Assembly (NCBI GenBank): GCA_036656055.1
Contig: JAVVOY010000005.1
Coordinates: 6,610 to 70,609 of the forward strand
Direction of reading: 5' to 3'
Length of the DNA: 64,000 bases
Source: Bacteroidales bacterium
GTDB lineage: Bacteria > Bacteroidota > Bacteroidia > Bacteroidales > G3-4614
The notes under the pieces are model-generated. The model did no database searches, was not told the origin of the DNA, and worked only from the letters and a program-made list of their open reading frames with translations. A program made the position numbers and the translations under genes. This document shows, one piece after another, positions 28,217 through 39,234 of this stretch (its first letter is position 1; each line of letters opens with the position of its first letter).

Positions 28217-29743
28217 ATGAAGAAAACAATAATCTGCACCCTAATAGCAATAGCCACAGCTACCGGCATAACAAAAGCCGTAAGCTATCTGTCAGACATA
28301 GAACTACCACGGGACACTATAACCGACAGTGAAATGGTTATAATAGAGAGCATAGAAAACGAAGCAGACACAATCCTCTCAAATTGGTTTCTACAAAAAT
28401 TCACCGATCTCGACAGCGACTGCATAAGTCGCAGCGAGAATATCCAATACGATGACACCACCTACATCAAACGCCTCTCATCACTACCCACCCTTATAGA
28501 CATGCCCTATAATCAGATAGTAAAAGAGTACATAAACATATATACCGGCAAACGTCGCAAACTCGTTGAATCTATGCTCGGCTTCAGCCTTTACTACTTC
28601 CCCATCTTTGAACATGCACTCGAAAAAGAAGAGTTACCCCTCGAACTAAAATACCTCCCCATCATTGAGTCAGCCCTCAGACCTAACGCCGTATCCAGAG
28701 CAGGAGCCACCGGATTATGGCAAATAATGCTTAAAACAGCACGAACATTAGGAATGGAGGTCAATTCACTCGTTGATGAAAGACGCTCCCCAATAGCATC
28801 ATCAGAAGCAGCAGCCCGCTATCTCAAACAACTATACAACATGTATCAAGACTGGCCACTTGCAATAGCAGCCTATAACTGCGGACCAGGCAATATCAAC
28901 AAAGCCATACACCGCTCAGGAGGGAAAAAAGACTATTGGAGTATTTACCCCTTTCTACCCCGCGAAACGCGCGGATACCTCCCGGCATTCATCGCAGCAA
29001 ACTACGTAATGAATTATTACGACAAGCACAATATATGCCCTGTAAGCGCCCAAATACCACTCGTTACAGACACCATCAGGATAAACAAAAGAGTAAATCT
29101 CAAACAGATAGCCGCAGTACTTAACACATCAATAGACATGCTCCGCGAGCTCAATCCCCAATACCGCTGCGATATAATTCCAGATAACGACAAAGCATAT
29201 CACCTTATGCTCCCCATACAACTCACATACGCATATATCGACTCCCGTGACTCCATCCTCAATTACCAAGCAGAAAACTACGCAAGGCTCAACACCGTAG
29301 AACCATCACAATACACAAGTTATCCCCAAAAAGCAGTAAGTCATCGCAAATACCACAAAGTAAAACGAGGAGAAACACTCTCAACAATTGCCAACCGCTA
29401 TAATATGAGCGTTACCACCCTCAAAAAACTTAACGGCCTACACGGAAACACAATACAGGCAGGCAAACAGCTAAAACTAAACAAAGCCACCAAATACATA
29501 GCATCAGCAACAGAAAAGACAGTAACAACAACAACTACACAAGACACAAATAACAGTTCAAAAACTACAAAACAGCCATTAGCAAACAACACAAAAGCCA
29601 AATATCATAAAGTTACCACAGGCGATACCCTCGGAAAAATAGCAATGCAATACGGCATTAAAACCGATCAACTAAAGAAGGTCAACAAACTCAACACAAC
29701 AATTATAAAAGTTGGGCAACTCCTAAAAATTCCTGTAACATAA
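28217..29743 (+). CDS. mltD: Lytic transglycosylase with LysM domains (MltD-like)
   Basis: IIESAL (catalytic Glu), GATGLWQ, AAYNCG and PRETRGY motifs; two C-terminal LysM repeats. Confidence 0.9.
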   Translation: MKKTIICTLIAIATATGITKAVSYLSDIELPRDTITDSEMVIIESIENEADTILSNWFLQKFTDLDSDCISRSENIQYDDTTYIKRLSSLPTLIDMPYNQIVKEYINIYTGKRRKLVESMLGFSLYYFPIFEHALEKEELPLELKYLPIIESALRPNAVSRAGATGLWQIMLKTARTLGMEVNSLVDERRSPIASSEAAARYLKQLYNMYQDWPLAIAAYNCGPGNINKAIHRSGGKKDYWSIYPFLPRETRGYLPAFIAANYVMNYYDKHNICPVSAQIPLVTDTIRINKRVNLKQIAAVLNTSIDMLRELNPQYRCDIIPDNDKAYHLMLPIQLTYAYIDSRDSILNYQAENYARLNTVEPSQYTSYPQKAVSHRKYHKVKRGETLSTIANRYNMSVTTLKKLNGLHGNTIQAGKQLKLNKATKYIASATEKTVTTTTTQDTNNSSKTTKQPLANNTKAKYHKVTTGDTLGKIAMQYGIKTDQLKKVNKLNTTIIKVGQLLKIPVT

Positions 29744-29779
29744 GCCCAAAAGAGATACAAAAACAAAAAATACAAAGCA

Positions 29780-30973
29780 ATGGCAAAAATAGGGACAATA
29801 TTCACAAAAGTAGGAATAAAAGCACTACTGTGCGGATCAGGAGAGTTAGGGAAAGAAGTTGCAATAGAGCTACAACGCTACGGTGTAGAGGTAATAGCAT
29901 TAGATCGCTATGAAAATGCCCCGGCAATGCAAGTCGCCCATCGCACTCACACCCTATCAATGTTAGACGGAAAAAAATTGCGCAACATAATAGAGGCAGA
30001 AAAGCCCGACTACATTATCCCCGAAGTAGAAGCCATCGCCACATCAACCCTCGTTGAACTTGAAAAAGAAGGTTACAACATAATACCCACGGCAAAAGCC
30101 GCATTCCTTACAATGAACCGCGAAGGGATAAGACGCTTGGCAGCCGAAGAACTTGGGATTAAAACATCAAAATACCGTTTTGCCTCCACAGAAGACGAAT
30201 TCAAAGAAGCAGTCAAAGAGATCGGCATTCCATGCGTGGTAAAGCCCATAATGAGTTCATCAGGACACGGACAGAGTACCATAAAAAGTCCATCAGACAT
30301 AGACCGATCATGGAAAATAGCACAAGAAGGAGGTAGAGCCGGAGCCGGACGAGTAATAGTAGAAGGATTTGTCGATTTCGATTACGAAATAACCCTACTT
30401 ACCGTGCGCCACATAGGCGGAACAACATTTCTCAAACCAATAGGACATCATCAAGTTGACGGCGATTACCGCGAATCATGGCAACCACAACCAATGAGTC
30501 AGAAAGCAATAGTAGAGTCGGAAAAAATTGCAAAACAGATAACCGATGCACTCAGCGGTCGCGGAATTTTCGGAGTAGAATTATTCATAAAAGGTGACGA
30601 TGTGCTTTTCAGCGAAGTCTCCCCACGTCCCCACGACACCGGCATGGTCACAATGATATCACAAGATATGTCGGAATTTTCACTCCATGCGCGCGCAATC
30701 CTTGGTCTTCCCATCCCCGGCATACACTTCTACGGACCATCCGCATCAAAAGCAATCGTCATAGAAGGTAACACAAACATAGTAGAGTTCGATAACCTCG
30801 AAGAGGTCCTTGCCGAACCCGACGTACAGCTACGCATATTTGGCAAACCCGAAGTAAACGGACATCGCCGCTTTGGCGTAATACTCGCCCTTGCCGAAAC
30901 AGTAGAAGAAGCACAAGCAAAAGCCGAACGCGCCTACACAAAACTAAAAGTCATAACAAACCCAAGAGAATAA
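29780..30973 (+). CDS. purT: Formate-dependent GAR transformylase
   Basis: [24 protein letters not shown] and [10 protein letters not shown] motifs. Confidence 0.96.
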   Translation: MAKIGTIFTKVGIKALLCGSGELGKEVAIELQRYGVEVIALDRYENAPAMQVAHRTHTLSMLDGKKLRNIIEAEKPDYIIPEVEAIATSTLVELEKEGYNIIPTAKAAFLTMNREGIRRLAAEELGIKTSKYRFASTEDEFKEAVKEIGIPCVVKPIMSSSGHGQSTIKSPSDIDRSWKIAQEGGRAGAGRVIVEGFVDFDYEITLLTVRHIGGTTFLKPIGHHQVDGDYRESWQPQPMSQKAIVESEKIAKQITDALSGRGIFGVELFIKGDDVLFSEVSPRPHDTGMVTMISQDMSEFSLHARAILGLPIPGIHFYGPSASKAIVIEGNTNIVEFDNLEEVLAEPDVQLRIFGKPEVNGHRRFGVILALAETVEEAQAKAERAYTKLKVITNPRE

Positions 30974-30994
30974 TATCATCGCAAAATAACAATT

Positions 30995-31036
30995 AAGAGC
31001 CCGTCTTACTTTTCAAAAAGTAAGACGGGCTCTTTT
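30995..31036. terminator. Terminator between convergent purT and the SGNH-like gene
   Basis: Perfect 19-bp inverted repeat AAGAGCCCGTCTTACTTTT / AAAAGTAAGACGGGCTCTT. Confidence 0.85.
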
Positions 31037-31064
31037 GTCAAAGATATAATCATAGAATTAACAA

Positions 31065-31997
31065 CTACTTCACATCGTATAATTTTCCAATCGTATCACA
31101 AAGTATAACAGATAATTTTCTTGCTCCGGAAACACACAAGTGATCACCATCAAAAAAATCACATTTATCAAATCTACTATCATCAAAAAAGTCAAGATAA
31201 ACGACATTAGAATATTCACTTACATACTTCTCTATAAACTTCTTTGTAAGCGTAATCTCCGCCTTCTGAATATTATCCCTATAAGTAATATAAGCAGGAG
31301 TAGTCAAGAATATAACTTTTTTCCCACCACGTTCACAATCCCTAACAATACTATCAATAACACCTCTGTTTATATTAAAATCTGAACGTCTTGCATCAAT
31401 ATCCAACGAGTGCCTCTCGGCAGCCAGCAAACCTGTTTTGTCAATATCCTTACCTGAATTATCAATATATGATGTTCCAAAACCAAGATCAGAACACATA
31501 ATAAGATCATCATGATTTACATAATAATCCCATACCTGCCTATCCCCCAATTTAAACTCATAATTATCCTTATTGAACCAATCCTTAAACTCTCCCAATC
31601 CGAAATAAATACTATACTTCCTCGCACGCCACCACTCCTCCCCTTTAGAAAGGTTGCTCCAAAGAGAAAAATAAGAAATCCCAATAACAACATATTCAGG
31701 ATTACCCCTTCCTTTAAAATACGTATCATAAATAATACCGTCCCAATAAAGGGATTGAGATGTATTAGCACAATTAAAACTGCCCTCAGGCAAATAAGCA
31801 GGATTAACCCCAAAGAAAGTATGAGAGCTACCAAGAATAAGAATCTTTACCTTGTCGGCATTTTTTTCGAGATAATCATATTTAATACTATAACTGTTTG
31901 GTATCTCCCTGTACATAAACTCATAACCCAACAAGAATATTACAGTCGGCAATATAGCCAATAAAAAAGTTTTTAAAATAAACCTGTAAATCATCAT
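31065..31997 (-). CDS. SGNH-like (DltD/AlgJ-like) membrane-anchored partner of the MBOAT
   Basis: N-terminal TM anchor, LILGSSH block, C-terminal DGDHL (DxH) motif; starts 2 nt after the MBOAT stop. Confidence 0.7.
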   Translation of the reverse strand: MMIYRFILKTFLLAILPTVIFLLGYEFMYREIPNSYSIKYDYLEKNADKVKILILGSSHTFFGVNPAYLPEGSFNCANTSQSLYWDGIIYDTYFKGRGNPEYVVIGISYFSLWSNLSKGEEWWRARKYSIYFGLGEFKDWFNKDNYEFKLGDRQVWDYYVNHDDLIMCSDLGFGTSYIDNSGKDIDKTGLLAAERHSLDIDARRSDFNINRGVIDSIVRDCERGGKKVIFLTTPAYITYRDNIQKAEITLTKKFIEKYVSEYSNVVYLDFFDDSRFDKCDFFDGDHLCVSGARKLSVILCDTIGKLYDVK

Positions 31998-31999
31998 AG

Positions 32000-33438
32000 C
32001 TAAAAATTAAAGTATATGAAATTCTCCGATGATTTACCATAAATAAATATCAACAAAAGGATTACAATATACACCACCCTCCTTATCCATTTACTCCTTA
32101 CACCACTTATATAAAATTCAAATTCATGACCCCTTCCCAGCCATTCCACAAGAAACATCACGAATATAATAAACATATATATTTTACTGAAATACTGTGG
32201 GGCAGAAAACAAAGAAGCATCAAATATATTCGCCATATAACCAAAAGCCTGATATATATTATCAGCTCTGAACAATATCCAACCGAACATAATAAGGACA
32301 AATGTGACAACAATACCGGCAATCTCCATAACATTAGGGAATCTTCGCCCTTGTGCAATACTGTCTTTGTACAATTTGTTTCCCCCCGTAAGTATCAATG
32401 GGACAAATAGCAACCCATGATAAGCCCCCCAAAGGATAAACGTCCAATTAGCACCATGCCAAAAACCACACACCAAAAAAATTATCATTGTGTTAACAAT
32501 AGTCATCAACACACCCTTGTGACTACCACCAAGAGGAATATAAATATAATCACGGAACCATGTATTAAGCGAGATATGCCAACGCCTCCAGAATTCAGCT
32601 ACATTCCTAGAAAAATAAGGCATCCTGAAATTTTGAAGAAGGTTTATCCCCAGCAACTTAGCAACACCTATCGCCATATCAGAATACCCTGAAAAGTCGC
32701 AATAAATCTGGATAGTAAAATAAAAAGCGCCCAACAAAAGAGTACTTCCACTCTCCCCCTGATAATTTTCAAATATCGCATTTACAAAAACGTTAAGGTT
32801 ATCAGCTATTACAATCTTTTTAAAAAGACCATAGAGAAGCAGCCGCATCCCATCAACAGCCATTGCATAATCAAACTCCCTACATCGGCGGAACTGAGGC
32901 AAAAGCGACGTTGCCCTAGCAATAGGACCGGCAAGCAAATGAGGGAAAAAAGCAATATAAGCAAACACTGAAACAACATCACGTTCAGCCTTTATCCTCC
33001 TCATGTAAACATCTATGCTGTAACTCAGCGCAGTAAAAGTATAAAAACTAATTCCTATCGGTAAAAGGATGTCACGCGTCATCCAGTCCATTTCAAATCC
33101 AAAAATATTGAACAAGCGGGAGAAATTTTCACCAAAAAAATTAAAGTATTTAAATACACCAAGAACAGATATATTTATTAAAATATTAGCCACACTTATA
33201 ATCTTCTGCCTTCCTCTCGATCCATCACTACGGTCGATATACAATGCCGACAAATATGTAGAAACAGAGGTTAAAAGTATCAACCCCAACATTCTCCAAT
33301 CAAGCCACCCATAGAACAGATAACTCGAAAAAAGTATGATCAGATTCTGCCGAACCAGCCCCCCCCCCGGGAAGCAAACCAATACAGACAAAAAACGACA
33401 GGAAAAAATACAATAAACTCAAAAGAATTAAATAGCAT
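32000..33438 (-). pseudogene. MBOAT O-acyltransferase (AlgI/DltB/PatA-like), frameshifted at a G10 tract (phase-OFF state or assembly error)
   Basis: Family-typical N-terminus MLFNSFEFIVFFPVVFCLYWF starts at 33438 and is out of frame with the body (LPIGISFYTF, DFSGYSDMAIG, FWRRWHISL, GFWHGA). Confidence 0.85.
33359..33368 (-). repeat. G10 homopolymer inside the MBOAT 5' coding region
   Basis: Ten consecutive C on the + strand; the longest G/C run I found in the window. Confidence 0.9.
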
Positions 33439-33447
33439 ATATACAGA

Positions 33448-35259
33448 TTATTTTATTCCCCTTTTCTCTCGCACCGCTTCAACAACATTTACAATATAAT
33501 CGCCAAGTCTTTCACACTCCGACACAATATCCATAAAATGGATTCCCGCTTGATATTCGTATTTTTTATTATTTATATTCTCGATATTTGCAGTACGCAG
33601 CATATTTCGGTAATTATTTATCTCAGTCTCCTTATTGCGAGTAGCATTCATATCAGCCTCCACCATATCCGATTTACTCAAAATTGAATTCATATTATCC
33701 AAAGCCTCACTCACAAGAGAAAACATTACATTTATATGCTCCATTAAGTACCCGTTAAACTGTATATTCTCGCTATTCTTGCGCGATATTGTTCGCGCAA
33801 TACCAAAGCAACTATCACCGATACTCTCTATTTCAGTCGTCATCGTAATCATCGAACTTACCTTAAGTTTCGCCTCATAACTCAACCTTCCGTCAGCCAC
33901 CCCATTAAGATAATCAGCAATTTCAATCTCCATATTGTCGCTTATCTGCTCATACTTCTGAATACGGCTGAAAAGTTTATTAAAAGCTTCGTTCCCCGGT
34001 TTCTCAGAGAGTAAATCTCTTGACATGCCAAACATCTTTGCCGTACGTATTCCATAAACCTCAATCTCTTTCTTTGCCTGCAAAAGAGAGAGCTCCGAAG
34101 TAGACAACATCCCCCCCGAAATATATTTTAATTGGAATTCGTCCTCCTCCGTATTCTTTTGTTTAATAACATAAGTCACAATTCTGACATACATATTAAC
34201 AAACCATATCATTATAGCTACATTTATTAGATTAAATATAGTATGGAAAAGAGCCAATCCATAAGAAACCGTTGTCTGAAGATGCAAATACTCCCCTCGC
34301 AAAGCCATTTCAGAAGGAGTTAACCCCTCAGCACTACCTGATATACGGCTTATTGTCTCCGGGCTTTGCGAATTTATAAACCTCTCCAAAGAAGTAGGAG
34401 CAACACCCGTCAGATCCTGCGCCAAATTACTGACAAAATGCACAAACGGGAAAAATATCAAAAGCATCCATACCACCCCGAACATATTAAAGACAAAATG
34501 GGCAAGAGCAGCACGCTTAGCAGGAATATTACCCGACAATGCCGCCAAATTAGCCGTTATCGTAGTTCCAAGATTCTCTCCAAGCACCATTGCAGCCGCC
34601 ACATCAAAAGAGATCCACCCTTTGCTACACATTATAAGCGTTATGGCAACAGTTGCACTTGAAGATTGAACAACTACCGTCAACACAGCCCCAACAAGAA
34701 AGAAGATGATAACAGACATATAACCCATATCTGAATACCCCTTAAGAAACGACAAGACTTCCGGACTACTCTGTATATCAGGAACAGAGTCTTTTAAAAA
34801 CGTAAGCCCCATAAAAAGGAACGCAAACCCCACCATAAACTCGCCTATCGAGCGACGTTTACTACTTTTAGAAAAAATGAATGGTATAGCAAGTCCTATC
34901 AGCGGAATAGCAAAAAAACTTATATCCACGGCAAATCCAAGGAACGATATTATCCATACAGTCATCGTAGTCCCTATATTCGCCCCCATAATAACAGAAA
35001 TGGCTTGCACCAAAGAGAGCAAGCCGGCATTAACAAAACTTACAACCATAACAGTTGTGGCAGATGAAGATTGTATCAACGCCGTAATAAGCAATCCCGT
35101 ACAAGCCCCGGCAAAACGATTGGATGTCATAGCAGACAAAATAGAACGCATCTTGTCACCGGCAACCTTCTGTAACCCCTCACTCATCACCTTCATTCCG
35201 TAAAGGAACAAACCCAAGGACCCTACAAGTTTCAAAAAATCAAAAAATGAATATTCCAT
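33448..35259 (-). CDS. Na+/Pi cotransporter family protein with PhoU-like C-terminus
   Basis: Two QSSS repeats, GANIGTT and GENLGTT, C-terminal ERLGD. Confidence 0.92.
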   Translation of the reverse strand: MEYSFFDFLKLVGSLGLFLYGMKVMSEGLQKVAGDKMRSILSAMTSNRFAGACTGLLITALIQSSSATTVMVVSFVNAGLLSLVQAISVIMGANIGTTMTVWIISFLGFAVDISFFAIPLIGLAIPFIFSKSSKRRSIGEFMVGFAFLFMGLTFLKDSVPDIQSSPEVLSFLKGYSDMGYMSVIIFFLVGAVLTVVVQSSSATVAITLIMCSKGWISFDVAAAMVLGENLGTTITANLAALSGNIPAKRAALAHFVFNMFGVVWMLLIFFPFVHFVSNLAQDLTGVAPTSLERFINSQSPETISRISGSAEGLTPSEMALRGEYLHLQTTVSYGLALFHTIFNLINVAIMIWFVNMYVRIVTYVIKQKNTEEDEFQLKYISGGMLSTSELSLLQAKKEIEVYGIRTAKMFGMSRDLLSEKPGNEAFNKLFSRIQKYEQISDNMEIEIADYLNGVADGRLSYEAKLKVSSMITMTTEIESIGDSCFGIARTISRKNSENIQFNGYLMEHINVMFSLVSEALDNMNSILSKSDMVEADMNATRNKETEINNYRNMLRTANIENINNKKYEYQAGIHFMDIVSECERLGDYIVNVVEAVREKRGIK

Positions 35260-35372
35260 CTAATTTAAGTTTGCAGTTTCAATAAAAAATTGCTATTTTT
35301 AGCCTCTATGAATTGAGAGAATAAAAACGATACAAAATTAAACAAAAATTACAATAATGCAATAATTATAAA

Positions 35373-37040
35373 ATGAAAGAGACCATAGAAATTAATTGCA
35401 AAAACAATAATACAACCATCCTTGCAGAAAAAGGGAGCACACTTTTAGAGATATATCACACATCAGGGATAAAACTCAGCAATCGCATATTATGTGCAAT
35501 AGTAAACAACCGCACAGAAGAACTCAGATACAGAGTTTACAAGCCCAAAGACATTGAATTTCTCGACATAACCTCACCATACGGCATGCGTACCTACATC
35601 CGTACACTCTGCTTAGTATTATACAAAGCAGTCCACGATATCATTCCCGAAGCACGACTAAGAATAGAACACTCCATATCCAAAGGGTATTTCTGCTTGC
35701 TTTCACAAAATTTTGGCGAGACCACAGTTACACGCATAAAAGATAGAATGCGTGAAATCATCGACGCAGATATGCCTATAACACGTATAGAGACCAGAAC
35801 AGACAGAGCAATTCTGGAATTCAGAAAACGCAAGATGAAAGACAAAGTCAAACTACTCTCATCCTCACACTCATTATACACCGTCCATTATACCCTTGAT
35901 GACGTAATAGACGCATACCAGTACGAACTTACCCCATCAACAGGGTATCTCTCCATATTCGATTTCGTAAAATACAGCTACGGCTACCTGCTCATCCCAC
36001 CAAACATAGAAGACCCGACAAAACTATGCACCGTCCAAAGACAGGATAAACTGTTAGGAGCATTTGAAGAACAGACCCGCTTCAACGATATAGCAGGCTT
36101 ACAGAACGTAGGAGAGATGAATATTGCAATAGCAAAAGGACATGCACCAATAATGATAAAAGTCATGGAGGCCCTCCATGAAAAACAAATTGCACGTATA
36201 GCCGATGAAATAGCAAACCGTTTCAAGCTCAACGGCAGTGGCCGAGTAGTCCTCATTGCCGGTCCATCCTCATCAGGAAAGACTACCTTCTCCAAAAGGC
36301 TCTCAGTACAATTACTTACAAACCTTTTAGTCCCGGTCACAATATCGTTAGATAATTACTTCGTAGAAAGAGAAAAAACTCCACGCGAAGAAAACGGAGA
36401 TTACGACTACGAATCACTACATGCACTTGATTTAGACCTTTTCAATAGCGACCTCAACAATCTCCTGTTAGGAAAAGAAGTTTCAATGCCGACATACAAC
36501 TTCGAAAGCGGGACAAGAACATACAACGGAAACAAACTCAAACTACTCCCTTCAAACATACTGATTCTCGAAGGTATCCATGCACTCAATCCCGATCTCA
36601 CCACACACATTGACGACCACTATAAGTTCAAGATCTACGTCTCCGCCCTAACCTCAATATCCATTGATGATCACAACTGGATACCCACAACCGATAACAG
36701 ACTTTTGCGCAGAATAATACGCGATGCAAAATATCGTGGCAGCACAGCAAAAGAGACTATCGCCAGATGGAGCAGCGTGCGCCGCGGCGAAGAAAAATGG
36801 ATATTTCCATACCAAGAAAAAGCCGATGCAATGTTCAACACATCACTTATATTCGAACTTGCCGTAATATGTAGCCACGCCATACCGCTTCTTTTAGACG
36901 TTCCACGCGACACAGAAGAATATAACGAAGCAAAACGGCTTCTAAACTTTCTCGAACTCTTCACACCCATCACCGAACTCGATATTCCGCCAACATCATT
37001 AGCGCGGGAATTTCTCGGCGGCAGCAGTTTCAAATATTAA
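35373..37040 (+). CDS. Nucleoside (uridine/PRK-family) kinase with ThrRS-like N-terminal domain
   Basis: AGPSSSGKTT, SLDNYF, LEGIHALN and RRIIRD motifs. Confidence 0.88.
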   Translation: MKETIEINCKNNNTTILAEKGSTLLEIYHTSGIKLSNRILCAIVNNRTEELRYRVYKPKDIEFLDITSPYGMRTYIRTLCLVLYKAVHDIIPEARLRIEHSISKGYFCLLSQNFGETTVTRIKDRMREIIDADMPITRIETRTDRAILEFRKRKMKDKVKLLSSSHSLYTVHYTLDDVIDAYQYELTPSTGYLSIFDFVKYSYGYLLIPPNIEDPTKLCTVQRQDKLLGAFEEQTRFNDIAGLQNVGEMNIAIAKGHAPIMIKVMEALHEKQIARIADEIANRFKLNGSGRVVLIAGPSSSGKTTFSKRLSVQLLTNLLVPVTISLDNYFVEREKTPREENGDYDYESLHALDLDLFNSDLNNLLLGKEVSMPTYNFESGTRTYNGNKLKLLPSNILILEGIHALNPDLTTHIDDHYKFKIYVSALTSISIDDHNWIPTTDNRLLRRIIRDAKYRGSTAKETIARWSSVRRGEEKWIFPYQEKADAMFNTSLIFELAVICSHAIPLLLDVPRDTEEYNEAKRLLNFLELFTPITELDIPPTSLAREFLGGSSFKY

Positions 37041-37130
37041 AATCCGCATACAATAATTTTAAACAGATTCTTAGTTGCCCATTTATACCAAATAAAGTAA
37101 TTTCGCATCCAGTTTAAGAGATCATTACAA

Positions 37131-38600
37131 ATGGCACTGAAACAACAACTGCAACAACGCCTTACACAGCGCCTCTCCCCGCAACAGATACAAGTTATCC
37201 GGCTGTTAGAATTAACATCCGTAGAGCTCGAAGAACGCATAAAACAAGAGGTTATAGACAACCCTGCCCTCGATGAAAACAGCGAAAGTCACGAAGACGA
37301 AAATGACATAAACACAACAAGCGAACAAGACACAGACATTGATCAGACAAACGACAAAGAAGATCTTTCTCTCGGCGACTATCTGACAGAAGACGATATC
37401 CCTGATTACAAATTAGCACAATACGACCGCACCACTGAAGAATCACGACAAAACGATATCCCTTTTCTAAGCAGCAGTTCCATACACGAACATCTCCTCC
37501 AACAACTTGGCATGCAAGAACTCAGTCGTCAAGACGAAAAAATATCAGAATATATAATCGGGAATATAGACGACGATGGCTATCTGCGTCGTTCCCTCAC
37601 CTCAATATCCGATGATCTTCTATTTCAAATAGGTATAGAAGTAAAAATAGAGCATCTACAAGAGCTACTTGATATGATCCGCGATTTCGACCCGGCAGGA
37701 GTAGGAGCCTCTAACCTGCAAGAATGCCTACAACTTCAATTAGAACGCGAAGAGCATAGTGAAATCGTAGAAATTGCAAAAAAGATAATAGAACATAATT
37801 TCGATGCATTCAGCAAAAAACACTACGACAAAATACAACGGCAACTAAATATCGATGACAGACAGCTTCGCGAATCAATCAAAATAATTACGCTGCTCAA
37901 CCCAAAACCGGGCAATATTTGGAACACCTCATTCTCAGACACAGGAAACCATATAATACCCGACTTTATTGTAGACAACAACGAAGGAAATATCTCATTC
38001 TCAATTAACAACAGCAACATTCCGGAACTGAAGATAAGCCCCGAATACATAAACATGTACGAAGACTACCTCGGCAACAAAAAAAACCGCACAAGAGAAA
38101 AACACGATGCCCTTTTGTTCGTAAAACAGAAATTAGACTCAGCACAATGGTTCATCAGCGCAATAAAACAGAGACAAGAGACACTACTTGGGACAATAAG
38201 AGCAATCGTCACACTCCAAAAAGACTTTTTCATCACAGGCGATGACGAAGATCTTCACCCTATGATACTAAAAGACGTAGCCACCATTGCCGGTTACGAC
38301 ATATCAACCATCTCCAGAACCGTAAACGCCAAATACGTTCAGACCGGATTCGGTGTATTTCCCCTAAAATATCTCTTTTCCGAATCCATGCAAAACAACT
38401 CCGGAGAAGAAATTTCATCAAGAGAGATAAAAAAGATACTTACAGAACTAGTCGAAAACGAAAATAAAAAACATCCCCTATCCGATGACATTCTCTGTAA
38501 CATGTTACAAGAAAAAGGGTATAAAATAGCCCGTCGAACAGTGGCAAAATACCGCGAGCAGACCGGAATAGCAGTTGCCCGTCTAAGAAAAAAACTCTAA
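37131..38600 (+). CDS. rpoN: RNA polymerase sigma-54 factor
   Basis: Gln-rich region I, DPAGVGA, STISR, RpoN box ARRTVAKYRE. Confidence 0.97.
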   Translation: MALKQQLQQRLTQRLSPQQIQVIRLLELTSVELEERIKQEVIDNPALDENSESHEDENDINTTSEQDTDIDQTNDKEDLSLGDYLTEDDIPDYKLAQYDRTTEESRQNDIPFLSSSSIHEHLLQQLGMQELSRQDEKISEYIIGNIDDDGYLRRSLTSISDDLLFQIGIEVKIEHLQELLDMIRDFDPAGVGASNLQECLQLQLEREEHSEIVEIAKKIIEHNFDAFSKKHYDKIQRQLNIDDRQLRESIKIITLLNPKPGNIWNTSFSDTGNHIIPDFIVDNNEGNISFSINNSNIPELKISPEYINMYEDYLGNKKNRTREKHDALLFVKQKLDSAQWFISAIKQRQETLLGTIRAIVTLQKDFFITGDDEDLHPMILKDVATIAGYDISTISRTVNAKYVQTGFGVFPLKYLFSESMQNNSGEEISSREIKKILTELVENENKKHPLSDDILCNMLQEKGYKIARRTVAKYREQTGIAVARLRKKL

Positions 38601-38604
38601 ACCC

Positions 38605-39216
38605 ATGAAAAAAGCAGCAGAAATAGTTTCATACATACTCTCCCCTGTAATGATGCCGTTTTATGGATTTATCACCATTATATACTGCACATACCTATCA
38701 GCTTTACCACTATCATTCATAGTACTAATACTTGGCATAATCCTTGTTTTCACAGCATTAATACCATCCATTTCACTCATCTGGCTTCATCAGATAGGAG
38801 CCATCTCAAATATAGACAACCCACACAAAGAAGAACGCGTACGCCCCTATCTATTCTCCCTTATGGGGTATATAATATGTATATATTTCCTTATCAGGAT
38901 GTCTTTCCCGATATGGATGATAAGTCTGCTAATAGGCGGTATCGTAATCCTTATCTTCATGCTTATAATAAACAAATGGTGGAAAATAAGCGCCCACATG
39001 ACCGGCATAGGAGCATACATCGGACTTATATATATGTTGGGGAAACTGCGGTTCATATTACCCATAGAGAGTCTTGCCGCAATAATAATAAGCGCCGGAC
39101 TCCTCGGCACATGCCGTATATATCTTGGCAGACATACCCTAGGGCAAGTACTAGTAGGAGCTATTTTAGGATTCCTATGGTGCTGCGCATCATTTTACGT
39201 TGGAATACTGTTATAA
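38605..39216 (+). CDS. PAP2-like membrane protein
   Basis: Multiple TM segments; WKISAH and R-x5-H (CRIYLGRHT) motifs. Confidence 0.7.
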   Translation: MKKAAEIVSYILSPVMMPFYGFITIIYCTYLSALPLSFIVLILGIILVFTALIPSISLIWLHQIGAISNIDNPHKEERVRPYLFSLMGYIICIYFLIRMSFPIWMISLLIGGIVILIFMLIINKWWKISAHMTGIGAYIGLIYMLGKLRFILPIESLAAIIISAGLLGTCRIYLGRHTLGQVLVGAILGFLWCCASFYVGILL

Positions 39217-39234
39217 ACAAAATAAATAACCCAC

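Noticed and set aside
32000-33391. ORF-track MBOAT start MSVLVCFPGGG at TTG 33391
   Set aside because: It lacks the conserved MLFNS first helix, which is present in another frame from 33438. The TTG start looks like a by-product of the frameshift.
34111-34117. C7 run in the Na/Pi cotransporter as a phase-variation tract
   Set aside because: Short, in frame, mid-gene and within a normal SGG peptide.
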